Below the pieces are notes generated by a model. That model saw only the letters and a program-made list of their open reading frames with translations. It was not told the origin of the DNA and did not search any database. Both the position numbers and the translations under genes were made by a program. From assembly GCA_000091205.1 (NCBI GenBank), contig AP006493.2: DNA of 64,000 bases. One strand, written 5' to 3'. Below are positions 54,623-64,000 of this stretch, one piece after another (position 1 is the first letter of the stretch; each line of letters starts with the position of its first letter). This stretch comes from Cyanidioschyzon merolae (lineage: Eukaryota).

Positions 54623-57600
54623 GTGGTACGTCTGCGGAGCATGGAGACCGAGTTGTATCGAGAGAGCGCACTTTTCTCCTGGGATGAGGTTGCGACCTGG
54701 ACAACGCGTAGTTTGGCTACAGGGAGGACCGCGGAACCCGAGTCCATCGCTAGCCCTGGTGGGCCGACTGCCTCCCAGGGCGCAACGCAAACAGCGCTCG
54801 AAGCTAGCAGCGGGCGGGTTGTGGACGCGGGCGCGGTGTTTGGCGCTCCCGTACGAGACTCAGAGGCAGGTTTCAATGACGAGTACATCGAGGTGCTCAT
54901 CTGGAGGCTTTTGCGTCACAAGGAGCGGGATCGGGCTGGTGCCTCGCTTTGGCTCGAGATCGCCCGGAAACGTTTCTACGGTTCTATGCAAAAGTTTCCA
55001 GATCCAGGGGCTCTGGGAAACCTGTCGACTTTGCAAGCGACGCTTGCTCAAGTCTTACACGGAGAGCGGTGGCGTCTACTGGACGAATCCATCTCCGCCG
55101 TGGTCTTTGGTGCGGACCCGAGCTGGTGCTACCTCCTCGTTGCGGGTACTCGACTTGTCTGCGTTCGACTGAGCGCGCTCAAGTCAGCCCAGACAGAAGT
55201 TGTTGCTTACGAGTACAGAAACGGGTTGGGTGTAGGCACAGCGCTTTCGTCCGAACGAGTGATGCGAACACCTGGAAGCATGCGTCGGGAATCTGTTCAG
55301 GAAAGCCACCTCGATACCGAGACGGCGGATATGCGTTACTTTTCCATGGAGACCTACGCCCCATTTCCCTCGAACACAGTTCAGACGCTGCACTTGCCGA
55401 CCGAAGTTTACGCAATCCAAGCCTTGGAGGATGCGCCGCACGCTTTTATTGCGTTCGCACGAAGTGGGCATCTATTCCGTATCGAAATCATGCAGCCTAC
55501 GGGAATGGATGTGACAAACGTTTCATACACGCTGACGACGCTCGCATCCCCGAAGAGTTTCCGTAATTTCGGTCCAGCAAAGAGGATACTGCAATCACTG
55601 AAAACGCCGGGGCGCCTGGGGGCCACGGCGGGAGCCTCCACACCAACCCGCGTATCTCCGCTGGGAGTGGAGAGGCGGACGCCTTGGCTTGCCAGCAGCA
55701 GGTCTGCAGGTCGCGCTTTTGGACAAGTTCCGATCGTTGCAACTTGTGCGATGCGTGGCCACGTGTTGATGCTCGACATGGAGGGCATTTTTCGACTGTG
55801 GGACCTGGGCAACCCGCAGGTCTTTGTTGAGTCGGTGCCCTGGCGTGCCTCGCTGGCGTCATCGGGGAGTTTCGGCTTGGTGCCGCATACGCATTCTGTG
55901 GAGATAGCTGCGCCAAACGGAGTAATGGCCTCATTTTTAGCCGTCGTCTCTGTTTTGGACGCAAGCGGCCTGTTGCGTTTGCAACTCATTCATGTCGTCT
56001 TGCGGCGCGCTGCTGAGGAAAACAGCACGCCCACCGGTCTGGAACTCACCACACAGCTCTTGGCTGATGCGGAGGCGCCTGCGGAAGAGCTGACGACGTG
56101 CTGCTTCTGGCAATCGCAGCAGGCACTCTGTCTGGGCTGGGCAAACGGCAGTATCACCTTGATACCGGTATCCGCTGATGCTATCTCATCGGCAAGTACC
56201 CGGGAAGCCTCGGGAGAGCCCTGGTGGTCATTCTCACTGAAGCCGGTCTACAGTATCGCTGCCGAGGATGAGATAGATGCGGACCTCCATCTGCAAGGCG
56301 CCCTGGATCGGACACCGGGACGCGACCCGGTAGAGCGTATTCTAGCGCCGCATCGTTTCCCCTGGGGCACTGTCTACCGGGTACTGCAGCGTTCGCTCCG
56401 CAGCGAGCAAGATGCTGCAAATACCTCTGCCGTGACGTCGGAGTACGCACTGGATCAAAGCATGTCACCGTGGACGTTATCGGCGTCGCCGTGCCTCGTT
56501 CGGTATCTGCGGGAGCGCCTGGTCGAGCTCGCAACACAGGATCCCGCGACGATGGATCGCTTCCTTCGTCGCGTTCGCATGTTTTACCTCGAAAACGACG
56601 CGTCCGTTCTACAGCTGCAACCGATGCCTCTTTTGGATGCATTCAGCCTTGTCGTGCATCCCTGGGGTGCCGCCGTACTCCGCCTCTGTGATGCGTCGGA
56701 GTGCCTGTTTTTCCGGAGTCGCGATCATTCGTTCAGCACCAATCAGGGCGATGCGCTGCCCTGGATGACTTTCTTGAGTAGGCTGCTTGTCGAGCGCTTC
56801 AATGCTTCACGCTGCGATGCCTCGATTGGTGGATCAACGCCAGCGCTGGAGCCACTTGCATCGCCACCGGCCTTGCTGCAACAGGACGACTCGGCAGCGC
56901 TGCTGCATCACCTGTGGGATATCGTGACTGGTCCATGTCTGCTGACCGCGGATGCTCTACAGCGCCTCCAACCGCCACCTGGCCTGCTAGCAGTCGTGCA
57001 GGCTACAAGTCTGCCGCAAATTGCCTACGTGCGGCGGACTTTTGCTGGCATTGGCGCGAATCTTGCCGCGCTAGGGCAGCAGCAGCAGCAGCAGCAGCTA
57101 AATTTCTGGAATCACCAGGAACGGCTGTGGGACTTGGCACTGCGCATCAGCACCAGCGCCGAGCTAAGCGACCAGTACGGACACCATTTCGTGGAACGAA
57201 TGCTCGGGAACGGCGAGTGGCTCGTTTGGCTGAAAATGCAGCACGCGCTCAGCACAGACTCTGTTAACGCCAACGCAAGCGCGTCTGCCGGCTCTGCCAC
57301 CTGGTTGACGCTGGTACCGCTGCTGATACGGCCGAGTCCTTCGATGGTACGTCTTCTGGTAGAGAAGGCGCCGTTGCACTGGGCGCTGCTCCTGATCGAT
57401 TCTTTCTATGAGAATGAGATGCCTGCGGTTCGTGCTCATGTGGCAGGCCTCATCGCACTGCAGCGCTGGCGTGAGGAGCGGCAAACGGATCCAGTGTCGC
57501 CTTTTGTTGAGGCGTGGACGGAGCTCCAGCAGAAGCAGCGGCCACTTGATCTGGAACTCTTACCACAACTCGTTGGAAGTATGAGCGGTGCACTGGATTA

Positions 57601-59233
57601 CGCAGAACGCATGGTGGAGTTTCTCGAGGATCAACAGGCGCATGAGGCAGCCTGTCAAATGGCGCGAGTCGCCCTTGCGACCCTAAGGGCAGAGCGCCAT
57701 GTGCAAGCAGGAGGCGAGCCTCAACCGGGCCTCGTTTCTGTACGTGAACGAACCGAGCGAGAAATCACCCAGACTCAGTTGGGATTCTTTCTATTCATGC
57801 GGGCACTGGATACGAACGCGCTCGACGAGGCGCTCTCGGTGCTCGTGAAGGATCTCCGGGAATCGAGTGCGCCTCAGACCCGTGATGCGCTCTATCTCCT
57901 GCTACAAAAAGCCATCGAAATGAAAGGAATGCCGTGGTTGCTGGCTCAATCCCTACCACCTCTGTGCTTTCTGCGCTCTGCTGAGGCGCTTTGGCGCCTC
58001 GCGACCGCCTGTGATCTGGAGCGTGCGGGTTCACTGTACGAGACGACGTGTGCTGTTTACATGACTCGGAACGAATGGTGGCTGGCAGCGTGCGTCGCCG
58101 TTGACTGGGCCGAGCGTACTCGTCAAGCACTGGACGCGGTACCAGCGGCACAGCAAGCGCAGTTGCTGGTCGACGCTTCAGCCGCTGGCGAGTCTGAACG
58201 CGTCACATGGCTCCTGGAGCAACGTCAGTGCGCGTTACAGCTCGCGCTCTACCTGCTCAAGCAGGCCGGGGACAAAGCCGTTCCCGTCACTCCGTCCTGG
58301 GTGATGGTCCAAGAGGCTGACATTCGTCGGGCCTGGTTGCTCGTTCGCTATCAACGTGCACTGCGACGTCAGCTGAATGCATCGGGGCACAGCAGCGGAA
58401 ACTTGCGTTTCCTATTCGAGACCAGCGATGCGGCAGCTCGATCCGTGGCGTATCAGCTTGTCGCTAGTCCACATCGTTTCGATGGTGAGAGCGGTATCAT
58501 GGCAGCTCTGAGGCTCACGTGTTTATGGTGGAACGAAGCTACTGCTGCTACTGCTGCATCTTCTGATGCGGCGGCTCCAAGCATGGCGCTCGCTGATGTT
58601 CGTCGCGAGACTGCTCGTATTATTCGCCTTGCTGTCGAGCGTGTGCAACCTTTATATGATGAACATGCAGCGGCTGATGCTGCGCTCGTCCAGATCGACA
58701 AGGAACTCGAAGCGGCCCTCAATTACGCTGCTTTGACCGCGCGAACTGGGTACGTTTTCACTCCTGCTCTGGAGGCCTGGATTCAGTGCACTGGCAAGCC
58801 CATGCAGACCGCTAGCTCCGAGCGCAGAACGAATTCCCAGGGAATAGCTACAGAGCGCTTGCCGAACAGGGACCTGGACCCTGCTGCGATACCAACGTCA
58901 ACTGCGGAAGCGAGGATACCCAGTCGCAAACAAAGCGATGACGCGAGCGAGTCCAAACCGGCGCCGTCCACCTTCAAAACGAAAGTGACAGTGGGCATCG
59001 CTTCGGCACCACGTTGGCTAGTTGATGCCGTGGCCCTGCGCGAGAACCACCTCGAGTCTATGCTGAAGCTGCTGATACAAAAGCAGCTCTATGCTGACGC
59101 TGCTCAACTCGTTGTCTTGCGCTTGGAGTGCAGCAGCCCTCGGCGACACCCTATCTATCTCTCACAACATGTTCTGCTTCAGCTGCGAGAACTCCTGAAC
59201 GCTGCCCCGGACACCAGTGCAACCACGTCCTGA
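54623..59233 (+). CDS. Hypothetical 1536-aa protein with an internal poly-Gln tract. The N-terminal half may be beta-rich and the C-terminal half alpha-solenoid.
   Basis: Longest ORF in the window. No recognisable enzymatic motif. The (CAG)7 tract at 57071-57095 encodes Q7. Confidence 0.55.
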   Translation: MVRLRSMETELYRESALFSWDEVATWTTRSLATGRTAEPESIASPGGPTASQGATQTALEASSGRVVDAGAVFGAPVRDSEAGFNDEYIEVLIWRLLRHKERDRAGASLWLEIARKRFYGSMQKFPDPGALGNLSTLQATLAQVLHGERWRLLDESISAVVFGADPSWCYLLVAGTRLVCVRLSALKSAQTEVVAYEYRNGLGVGTALSSERVMRTPGSMRRESVQESHLDTETADMRYFSMETYAPFPSNTVQTLHLPTEVYAIQALEDAPHAFIAFARSGHLFRIEIMQPTGMDVTNVSYTLTTLASPKSFRNFGPAKRILQSLKTPGRLGATAGASTPTRVSPLGVERRTPWLASSRSAGRAFGQVPIVATCAMRGHVLMLDMEGIFRLWDLGNPQVFVESVPWRASLASSGSFGLVPHTHSVEIAAPNGVMASFLAVVSVLDASGLLRLQLIHVVLRRAAEENSTPTGLELTTQLLADAEAPAEELTTCCFWQSQQALCLGWANGSITLIPVSADAISSASTREASGEPWWSFSLKPVYSIAAEDEIDADLHLQGALDRTPGRDPVERILAPHRFPWGTVYRVLQRSLRSEQDAANTSAVTSEYALDQSMSPWTLSASPCLVRYLRERLVELATQDPATMDRFLRRVRMFYLENDASVLQLQPMPLLDAFSLVVHPWGAAVLRLCDASECLFFRSRDHSFSTNQGDALPWMTFLSRLLVERFNASRCDASIGGSTPALEPLASPPALLQQDDSAALLHHLWDIVTGPCLLTADALQRLQPPPGLLAVVQATSLPQIAYVRRTFAGIGANLAALGQQQQQQQLNFWNHQERLWDLALRISTSAELSDQYGHHFVERMLGNGEWLVWLKMQHALSTDSVNANASASAGSATWLTLVPLLIRPSPSMVRLLVEKAPLHWALLLIDSFYENEMPAVRAHVAGLIALQRWREERQTDPVSPFVEAWTELQQKQRPLDLELLPQLVGSMSGALDYAERMVEFLEDQQAHEAACQMARVALATLRAERHVQAGGEPQPGLVSVRERTEREITQTQLGFFLFMRALDTNALDEALSVLVKDLRESSAPQTRDALYLLLQKAIEMKGMPWLLAQSLPPLCFLRSAEALWRLATACDLERAGSLYETTCAVYMTRNEWWLAACVAVDWAERTRQALDAVPAAQQAQLLVDASAAGESERVTWLLEQRQCALQLALYLLKQAGDKAVPVTPSWVMVQEADIRRAWLLVRYQRALRRQLNASGHSSGNLRFLFETSDAAARSVAYQLVASPHRFDGESGIMAALRLTCLWWNEATAATAASSDAAAPSMALADVRRETARIIRLAVERVQPLYDEHAAADAALVQIDKELEAALNYAALTARTGYVFTPALEAWIQCTGKPMQTASSERRTNSQGIATERLPNRDLDPAAIPTSTAEARIPSRKQSDDASESKPAPSTFKTKVTVGIASAPRWLVDAVALRENHLESMLKLLIQKQLYADAAQLVVLRLECSSPRRHPIYLSQHVLLQLRELLNAAPDTSATTS

Positions 59234-59335
59234 ACCTAGACCGCGCTGTGCTCGCGCCTGTACCAGCAGCGGCAACCGATAGCCCGTACCGCCCGAGCGC
59301 GATTCTCCCGCCATACGGGCACTGATTCGGATACC

Positions 59336-59680
59336 TTACGAGCCGGGACGCTTCTGATTAGCGCGATGCGCTTCAATGCGTTGCGTAAGTTCCACCTCCA
59401 GGTCGCCCAGTTTGTGACCCACAAACGCGCCGCCCGCTGCGAAGAGCACGTGCTCCCAGGGTCGCCGCATCAACGGCAGCTTTTGGAGTGCGTTTGACAT
59501 AAGTTGCACTGCTAAACCAAACAGCGCCCCAGACCAAGCACTTACCATCGCCAGCACTAGGTGTCTAAGGAACCAGCTCGACGGGTCTCGTGACGCTTCT
59601 TCAACGATGACGCGAGCGTTTGTTCCGATCCTACACTGAGCAAGGGGTGTTGCAGCGGCGCCAGCGGATGCGATCGGCAA
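59336..59680 (-). CDS. Possible small (114-aa) single-TM protein, unassigned
   Basis: Short ORF in a 1.5-kb gap with one hydrophobic helix (LVLAMVSAWSGALFGLAV). Weak support. Confidence 0.2.
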   Translation of the reverse strand: MPIASAGAAATPLAQCRIGTNARVIVEEASRDPSSWFLRHLVLAMVSAWSGALFGLAVQLMSNALQKLPLMRRPWEHVLFAAGGAFVGHKLGDLEVELTQRIEAHRANQKRPGS

Positions 59681-60610
59681 ATCGGTGGACCTTGTCCTTA
59701 AATTATAAATATGTACAGTTTAATACAGTTACGATCGAAGCGACCATGCAGGGTCGCATGCGCAACGCGGATACGATGGCACCTATCTAGCCACCTTGAT
59801 CCATACGTTTCCGAGCCTTATACGACCCGCTGCCTACTATCGGTTTCTGCTTCTCTTTATTCACTTCGAGTATCGAAGGTTACCTCAGAGAATTCGATCG
59901 CGACAGTTCCGCGGGTCACGTCTTCGGTACCACATATCGTCTGATAGGGATGGCGGTGTTGAAGTCGCGGCTCAAGCACTTCATACACATCTATTGCCGC
60001 AGCTTGAATGCACCATTGCAAGAATTGCCAGACTTTGTGCCCACTGTGCTATCTGGTGCTGTGCCAGCTCTCCGCGCTTTTCTACCGCTCAAGCGTACCG
60101 CTGCGCTCTCTCCATCGCCCAGCGTTTTCGGGACCATTCGAACAAGCTGTTGAGCAGAAGAGGCACCTGTGGCGACTATGATCGTTGCTTTTGCTTTCCA
60201 TACGGTGGTGAACGGGTCGTTTGCTACTATCTATCGTTACCACACTGTTCCAATACGAGCTCTGGGCGCAGAGCGCATCCTCTTCGTGCTTTCAGTGTTC
60301 CTTAACCGTCTGCATACTGTGTTATGACTGACCTGATGGAGGAATGCTGCACTCCATGCGCTGTTCAGCAAAGAATAGATTCTATACACAATTCGACTCC
60401 GATCCATAGCATACATTGTAACGTGATATTGATCTTCTGCAGTACAAGGCTGCGAGTACGAAACAGAAATGAGTTGGTAGACTCTCCGACTGTGCGGCAG
60501 CAATCAACCAATATATACAGTTCCATACCATACTATGTAGACTGGGGCTGCGTCTAACGGGCACCTCGGCGGAACCCGTTGCAGAGCGGCGCGCGCCATC
60601 AGTGCTCTAC

Positions 60611-60637
60611 CGCCGCCGCCGCCGCCGCCGCCGCCGT
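60611..60637. repeat. (GCC)9 trinucleotide repeat ~130 bp upstream of the ABC ATPase ORF
   Basis: Direct reading: cgccgccgccgccgccgccgccgccgc. Confidence 0.9.
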
Positions 60638-60769
60638 CGATGCTGCCTGCCGCCGCTCGTGCCTTCAATCTCAACGAGCGCCGACACGCCTCGTTTGGCA
60701 GCGTGTGGAAACCAACGGTGCGAGGTAGTCTCTGCGTTTATCCATAACGCTGTTCCGAACTCGTGACGC

Positions 60770-62731
60770 ATGTTCACTATACCGACTAATTGGCACGCAC
60801 TAGTCTGGTCGCATACAGCGTCAAGGACCCGGTTTCCGGGCAGTGCGAGCTTCGCGAAGCGACCTGAGCACGGCACTGCGGCCTCGTTACCGGTACAGAA
60901 ACCGAGGCGTAACGCGCTCTTATCGGCACAATGGCGCGAATCAAAACGCTCCTGGTCTTCAACGGCTATTACTCGGGAAACAATGACCCCACTAGAGCTT
61001 CCGTTCTTGCGACTTAGCCGAATGGCGGCTGGCGACGCTCCTAGGTCAGCTGCAGTGACGCCTGACTCAGCGACGCCGGTAGCGGAACTCGTCAACGTGT
61101 CGTACCACGTTCGGGAGCACTTTCCTGTCATTGAAGATATCTCGCTAGCCCTGCACCGCTACGAAATTGTATGTCTTGTGGGGCAGTCGGGTTCCGGAAA
61201 ATCGACCATATTGCGCCTCTTCGCTGGCTTGGTGCAGCCGACGCGCGGTACCGTGTACTTTGCAGGGAAGCCGCTGCGTGGCGTAAACCCCAATGCAGCC
61301 ATTGTCTTTCAAAACTTTGCGTTATTCCCGTGGCTCACGGTGGTGGAAAACGTGATGCTGGGTCTGGGATCCGAAATCCCTCTAGCCGAACGCCGTCGAC
61401 AAGCGACTGCGATCGTCGATATGATTGGACTCGATGGCTACGAGAATGCGTATCCGCGCGAATTATCAGGTGGCCAACGCCAACGCGTAGGATTCGCACG
61501 AGCGCTGGTAACCCATCCGACGCTGTTGCTGCTGGACGAACCGTTTAGTGCACTGGACGTGCTTACTGCAGAGAACCTGCGCTCTGAGCTCCTGAACCTT
61601 TGGACGCATGGCTCGATGCCGACGCAGAGTATCCTCATGGTCACGCATGGCATTGAAGAGGCTGTATCCCTGGCGGATCGCATTGTCGTCTTGGGCAAGG
61701 GTCCAGGCCGTATACGGGCTGAAATCCCGGTACGTCTCCGCCATCCACGGGATCGCAAGTCGGATGCATTTCAGGAGCTCGTCGATCGGGTATATAAAAT
61801 CATCAGCGACGAGGTTACGCTTCCGGTAGATGCTGTGGACCAAGTCACGTCGGTTACAGAGCGTTCAGGAAGAGGCGGTGCAACGGCATCGGATTCTCGC
61901 GTGCTCGTGTCGCCACCGGATCGTGCGCAAAGTCAACGAGGCTCTATTGCCAGCACCGAGCAGGAAACCCAGAATCGAGCTGGTGATAACGCTGCCGCCG
62001 CAAGCCCAAGCACAACGAATGACGGACAGCCAAGTGATCGTCCGTTGTCGGCAGCTGCGAAGCGCCAGCTGCTGCAAAAGGCCGCGAGGAGTAATGACGA
62101 GCGCTTGAACGAGTTCCCGGCATTACCACCGGTTCGGTTGGGATCTGTGGCGGGGCTTCTCCAGCTTCTCGCCTCAGAGAACAGCCCCGTCGTGGACCTC
62201 TATCGCTTAGGCCAGGCGCTGCAGCTCGATGTGCACGGCCTGTATCCGATCGTAGAGGCTGCGGAAATTCTGGGTCTCCTCTCTGTATCTGAAGGAGACG
62301 TGGCGCTCACTGGGGCTGGGCATGCCTTTGTTGCCGGCAGCGTCGATGATCGAAAGCGAATAGTTCGGGGAGCGCTGCTCGTGGCTCCAGATGCACGTCT
62401 CATCCAAACCATTTGTCGATTGTTGCAGCGAGCTAAGCATCGTCGCATTCCAGAGAGCCTGGTGCTCGACAGTTTACTCGATCGATACTTCGAGCCGTCC
62501 GAGTCTCGTCGTCAGCTCGACACCGCGATCGAATGGGGTCGCTATGCCGAGCTCTTTGCGTACGATAGCGTCAGCGGCGAACTCTTCCTCGAGGACGAGA
62601 ACGACGCCAACACGAACGGAATGCTCGCGGATCGCCGCTCCACTGAAACCTATCAGACGGAGACGCCAAACCAACGGCCCCGGGTAACCAACGCGGGGCA
62701 CTCGGTAGACACAGCGCCGGATCTGGAATAA
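60770..62731 (+). CDS. ABC transporter ATP-binding protein of the bacterial NitT/TauT (nitrate/sulfonate/bicarbonate; SsuB/TauB/NrtD/CmpD-like) family. It has a ~330-aa C-terminal extension and a possible N-terminal presequence. The alternative start is 60983.
   Basis: Walker A GQSGSGKST, Q-loop, ABC signature LSGGQRQRV, Walker B LLLLDEPFSALD, H-loop VTHGIEEA. The short nucleotide-binding-domain layout and flanking conservation (IVFQNFALFPWLTVVENV) are typical of NitT/TauT ATPases. No cognate permease or binding protein is nearby. Confidence 0.85.
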   Translation: MFTIPTNWHALVWSHTASRTRFPGSASFAKRPEHGTAASLPVQKPRRNALLSAQWRESKRSWSSTAITRETMTPLELPFLRLSRMAAGDAPRSAAVTPDSATPVAELVNVSYHVREHFPVIEDISLALHRYEIVCLVGQSGSGKSTILRLFAGLVQPTRGTVYFAGKPLRGVNPNAAIVFQNFALFPWLTVVENVMLGLGSEIPLAERRRQATAIVDMIGLDGYENAYPRELSGGQRQRVGFARALVTHPTLLLLDEPFSALDVLTAENLRSELLNLWTHGSMPTQSILMVTHGIEEAVSLADRIVVLGKGPGRIRAEIPVRLRHPRDRKSDAFQELVDRVYKIISDEVTLPVDAVDQVTSVTERSGRGGATASDSRVLVSPPDRAQSQRGSIASTEQETQNRAGDNAAAASPSTTNDGQPSDRPLSAAAKRQLLQKAARSNDERLNEFPALPPVRLGSVAGLLQLLASENSPVVDLYRLGQALQLDVHGLYPIVEAAEILGLLSVSEGDVALTGAGHAFVAGSVDDRKRIVRGALLVAPDARLIQTICRLLQRAKHRRIPESLVLDSLLDRYFEPSESRRQLDTAIEWGRYAELFAYDSVSGELFLEDENDANTNGMLADRRSTETYQTETPNQRPRVTNAGHSVDTAPDLE

Positions 62732-63419
62732 GTCCCATCAGGGTCGACATTCCGCACAACAAACGCCTTGTTCAAAAACGGATCCATTAGAGGACGCCGC
62801 TGCCAGGGACCGCCTGTGTGGCGTTGTGCTCGAGAGCGCGCCCCATACGTTTCGTATATCGGGGCGCGTTTTACCTATTGCCTCTGTTTGGGGAGAACGA
62901 ATGCATGGATGCGGGAGTAGGCGCAGCTGTGAAATCCGCTATGGCTATCGCCGCTACTATATATCGGTATCGATGGTGAGAGCGTCACTCGACGCATGTG
63001 TTTCTGCGGACGGGGTGTCGTCAGGGGTTACGGTTCGATCCAGCGACATGCAGACGCCTTCTCTACTCGTACGTTTTGCTTAAAAAAGCGCTGACTACGA
63101 CTGGTTAACATTCTCGTTAAAGCGGAAAGCGGATACATTGGCGATCTGGATTGCTCTCGAACGAACCTGCGAAGACTCACCAGTAACCAGGTATCTCGAC
63201 AAGAATTTCAGGGATCGCTCACGCATGCATTGAAGCGAGTCGAGTCCATTTCTTGAACGTTTTCGGATGAGAATACGCTCCAAGACACTTTACTTATGCA
63301 ACGGTAACCGCAGACGACAAGCGTTCCCCTGAGACGCACAGAGCAGGTGCGCACGCCATATCCCGCCTGTTTCGCTCATGAGGGTCCGGGGATTCACGCC
63401 GACTCCCGACAAGTGCGCC

Positions 63420-64000
63420 TCAACGTTCCCACGGAGTGCGGAACTTGTCACCCACATAGACCGCTGACGAACCGAGCTCCTCTTCGATACGCAAAAGCTG
63501 GTTGTATTTCGCCAAGCGCTCAGAACGACACGGTGCACCGCTCTTGATCTGGCCGGTGCCGAGGCCAACCGTCAAGTCCGCAATGAAACTATCCTCGGTC
63601 TCGCCGCTGCGGTGACTCACCATGACCCCCCAGCGCAGGTCTCGGCAGAAGCGATTCGCATCCATGGCCTCGGTGACGGTTCCAATTTGGTTCACTTTGA
63701 GCAGAAGGGCGTTGCAGGCGCGTTTCTCCGCCGCGACCTTGATCCGGTCGATATTCGTAACCAGGAGATCGTCACCAACGACTTGGATCTTCTCTCCGAT
63801 TTGCTCCGTTAGCGCTGCGTATGCATCAAAGTCCTCTTCATGGAACGGATCCTCGACGGAGACCAGCGGGTACGTTCCGCAGAACGACTTGTAGAGCTGC
63901 ACGAGCTCGTCCTTGCTTACCAGCATGGAACTCGCCCCTTCGGGATGCTTAAAGTCCAGATCGTATTTCTGTTTCTCCTCGTTCCAGAACTGGCTAGCTG
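63420..64000 (-). CDS. ENO: Enolase (phosphopyruvate hydratase), C-terminal part. The gene continues beyond the window end.
   Basis: Conserved motifs: [10 protein letters not shown] (in frame up to position 64000), [59 protein letters not shown]. Confidence 0.9.
   Translation of the reverse strand, partial: ASQFWNEEKQKYDLDFKHPEGASSMLVSKDELVQLYKSFCGTYPLVSVEDPFHEEDFDAYAALTEQIGEKIQVVGDDLLVTNIDRIKVAAEKRACNALLLKVNQIGTVTEAMDANRFCRDLRWGVMVSHRSGETEDSFIADLTVGLGTGQIKSGAPCRSERLAKYNQLLRIEEELGSSAVYVGDKFRTPWER

Noticed and set aside
60770-62731. Bacterial contamination as the explanation for the NitT/TauT ABC ATPase
   Set aside because: The gene lies between clearly eukaryotic genes (a 1536-aa polyQ protein upstream, enolase downstream) on the same contig. 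It shares their GC content and codon style. Chimeric assembly cannot be excluded without reads.

Overview
This window is eukaryotic nuclear DNA, moderately GC-rich, with genes on both strands. Almost every recognisable gene is a single uninterrupted ORF, so the genome appears intron-poor. All homologies below were recognised by eye from the translations. No searches were run.

Recognised genes, in order:
- a bacterial DusA-type tRNA-dihydrouridine synthase
- prefoldin subunit 5
- OST48/DDOST
- ALG3 mannosyltransferase
- a plastid-type triose-phosphate/phosphate translocator with a presequence
- peroxisomal acyl-CoA oxidase
- a PP2C phosphatase
- ribosomal protein S12e
- a PTPS/QueD-family protein
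- a Gly/Tyr-rich PEX13-like protein immediately followed by PEX5
- an Amt/MEP ammonium transporter that is frameshifted and N-terminally truncated
- a bacterial NitT/TauT-type ABC ATPase with a C-terminal extension
- the 3' part of enolase, running off the window end
- five large ORFs (468 to 1536 aa) rich in low-complexity sequence with no recognisable domains

The gene content (plastid translocator, bacterial-type DusA and ABC ATPase, peroxisomal import machinery, near absence of introns) suggests an intron-poor alga, perhaps red-alga-like. This is inference only.

Non-genic structure is the most unusual part:
- Two 2.05-kb direct repeats, >99% identical, bracket a ~10-kb module holding a convergent pair of big novel genes. 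A diverged, internally deleted third copy lies 17 kb away.
- An ~800-bp inverted segmental duplication (about 22.4-23.2 kb and 52.4-53.2 kb). One end forms the first codons of the truncated Amt ORF.
- A 101-bp tandem repeat of about 4 copies.
- Several microsatellites: (GTGC/GT)n, (AGC)n, (GCC)n, (GA)n.

There is no prokaryote-style operon, CRISPR array or defence island. The strongest candidates for previously undescribed biology are the repeat-bounded gene module and the orphan bacterial-type ABC ATPase.
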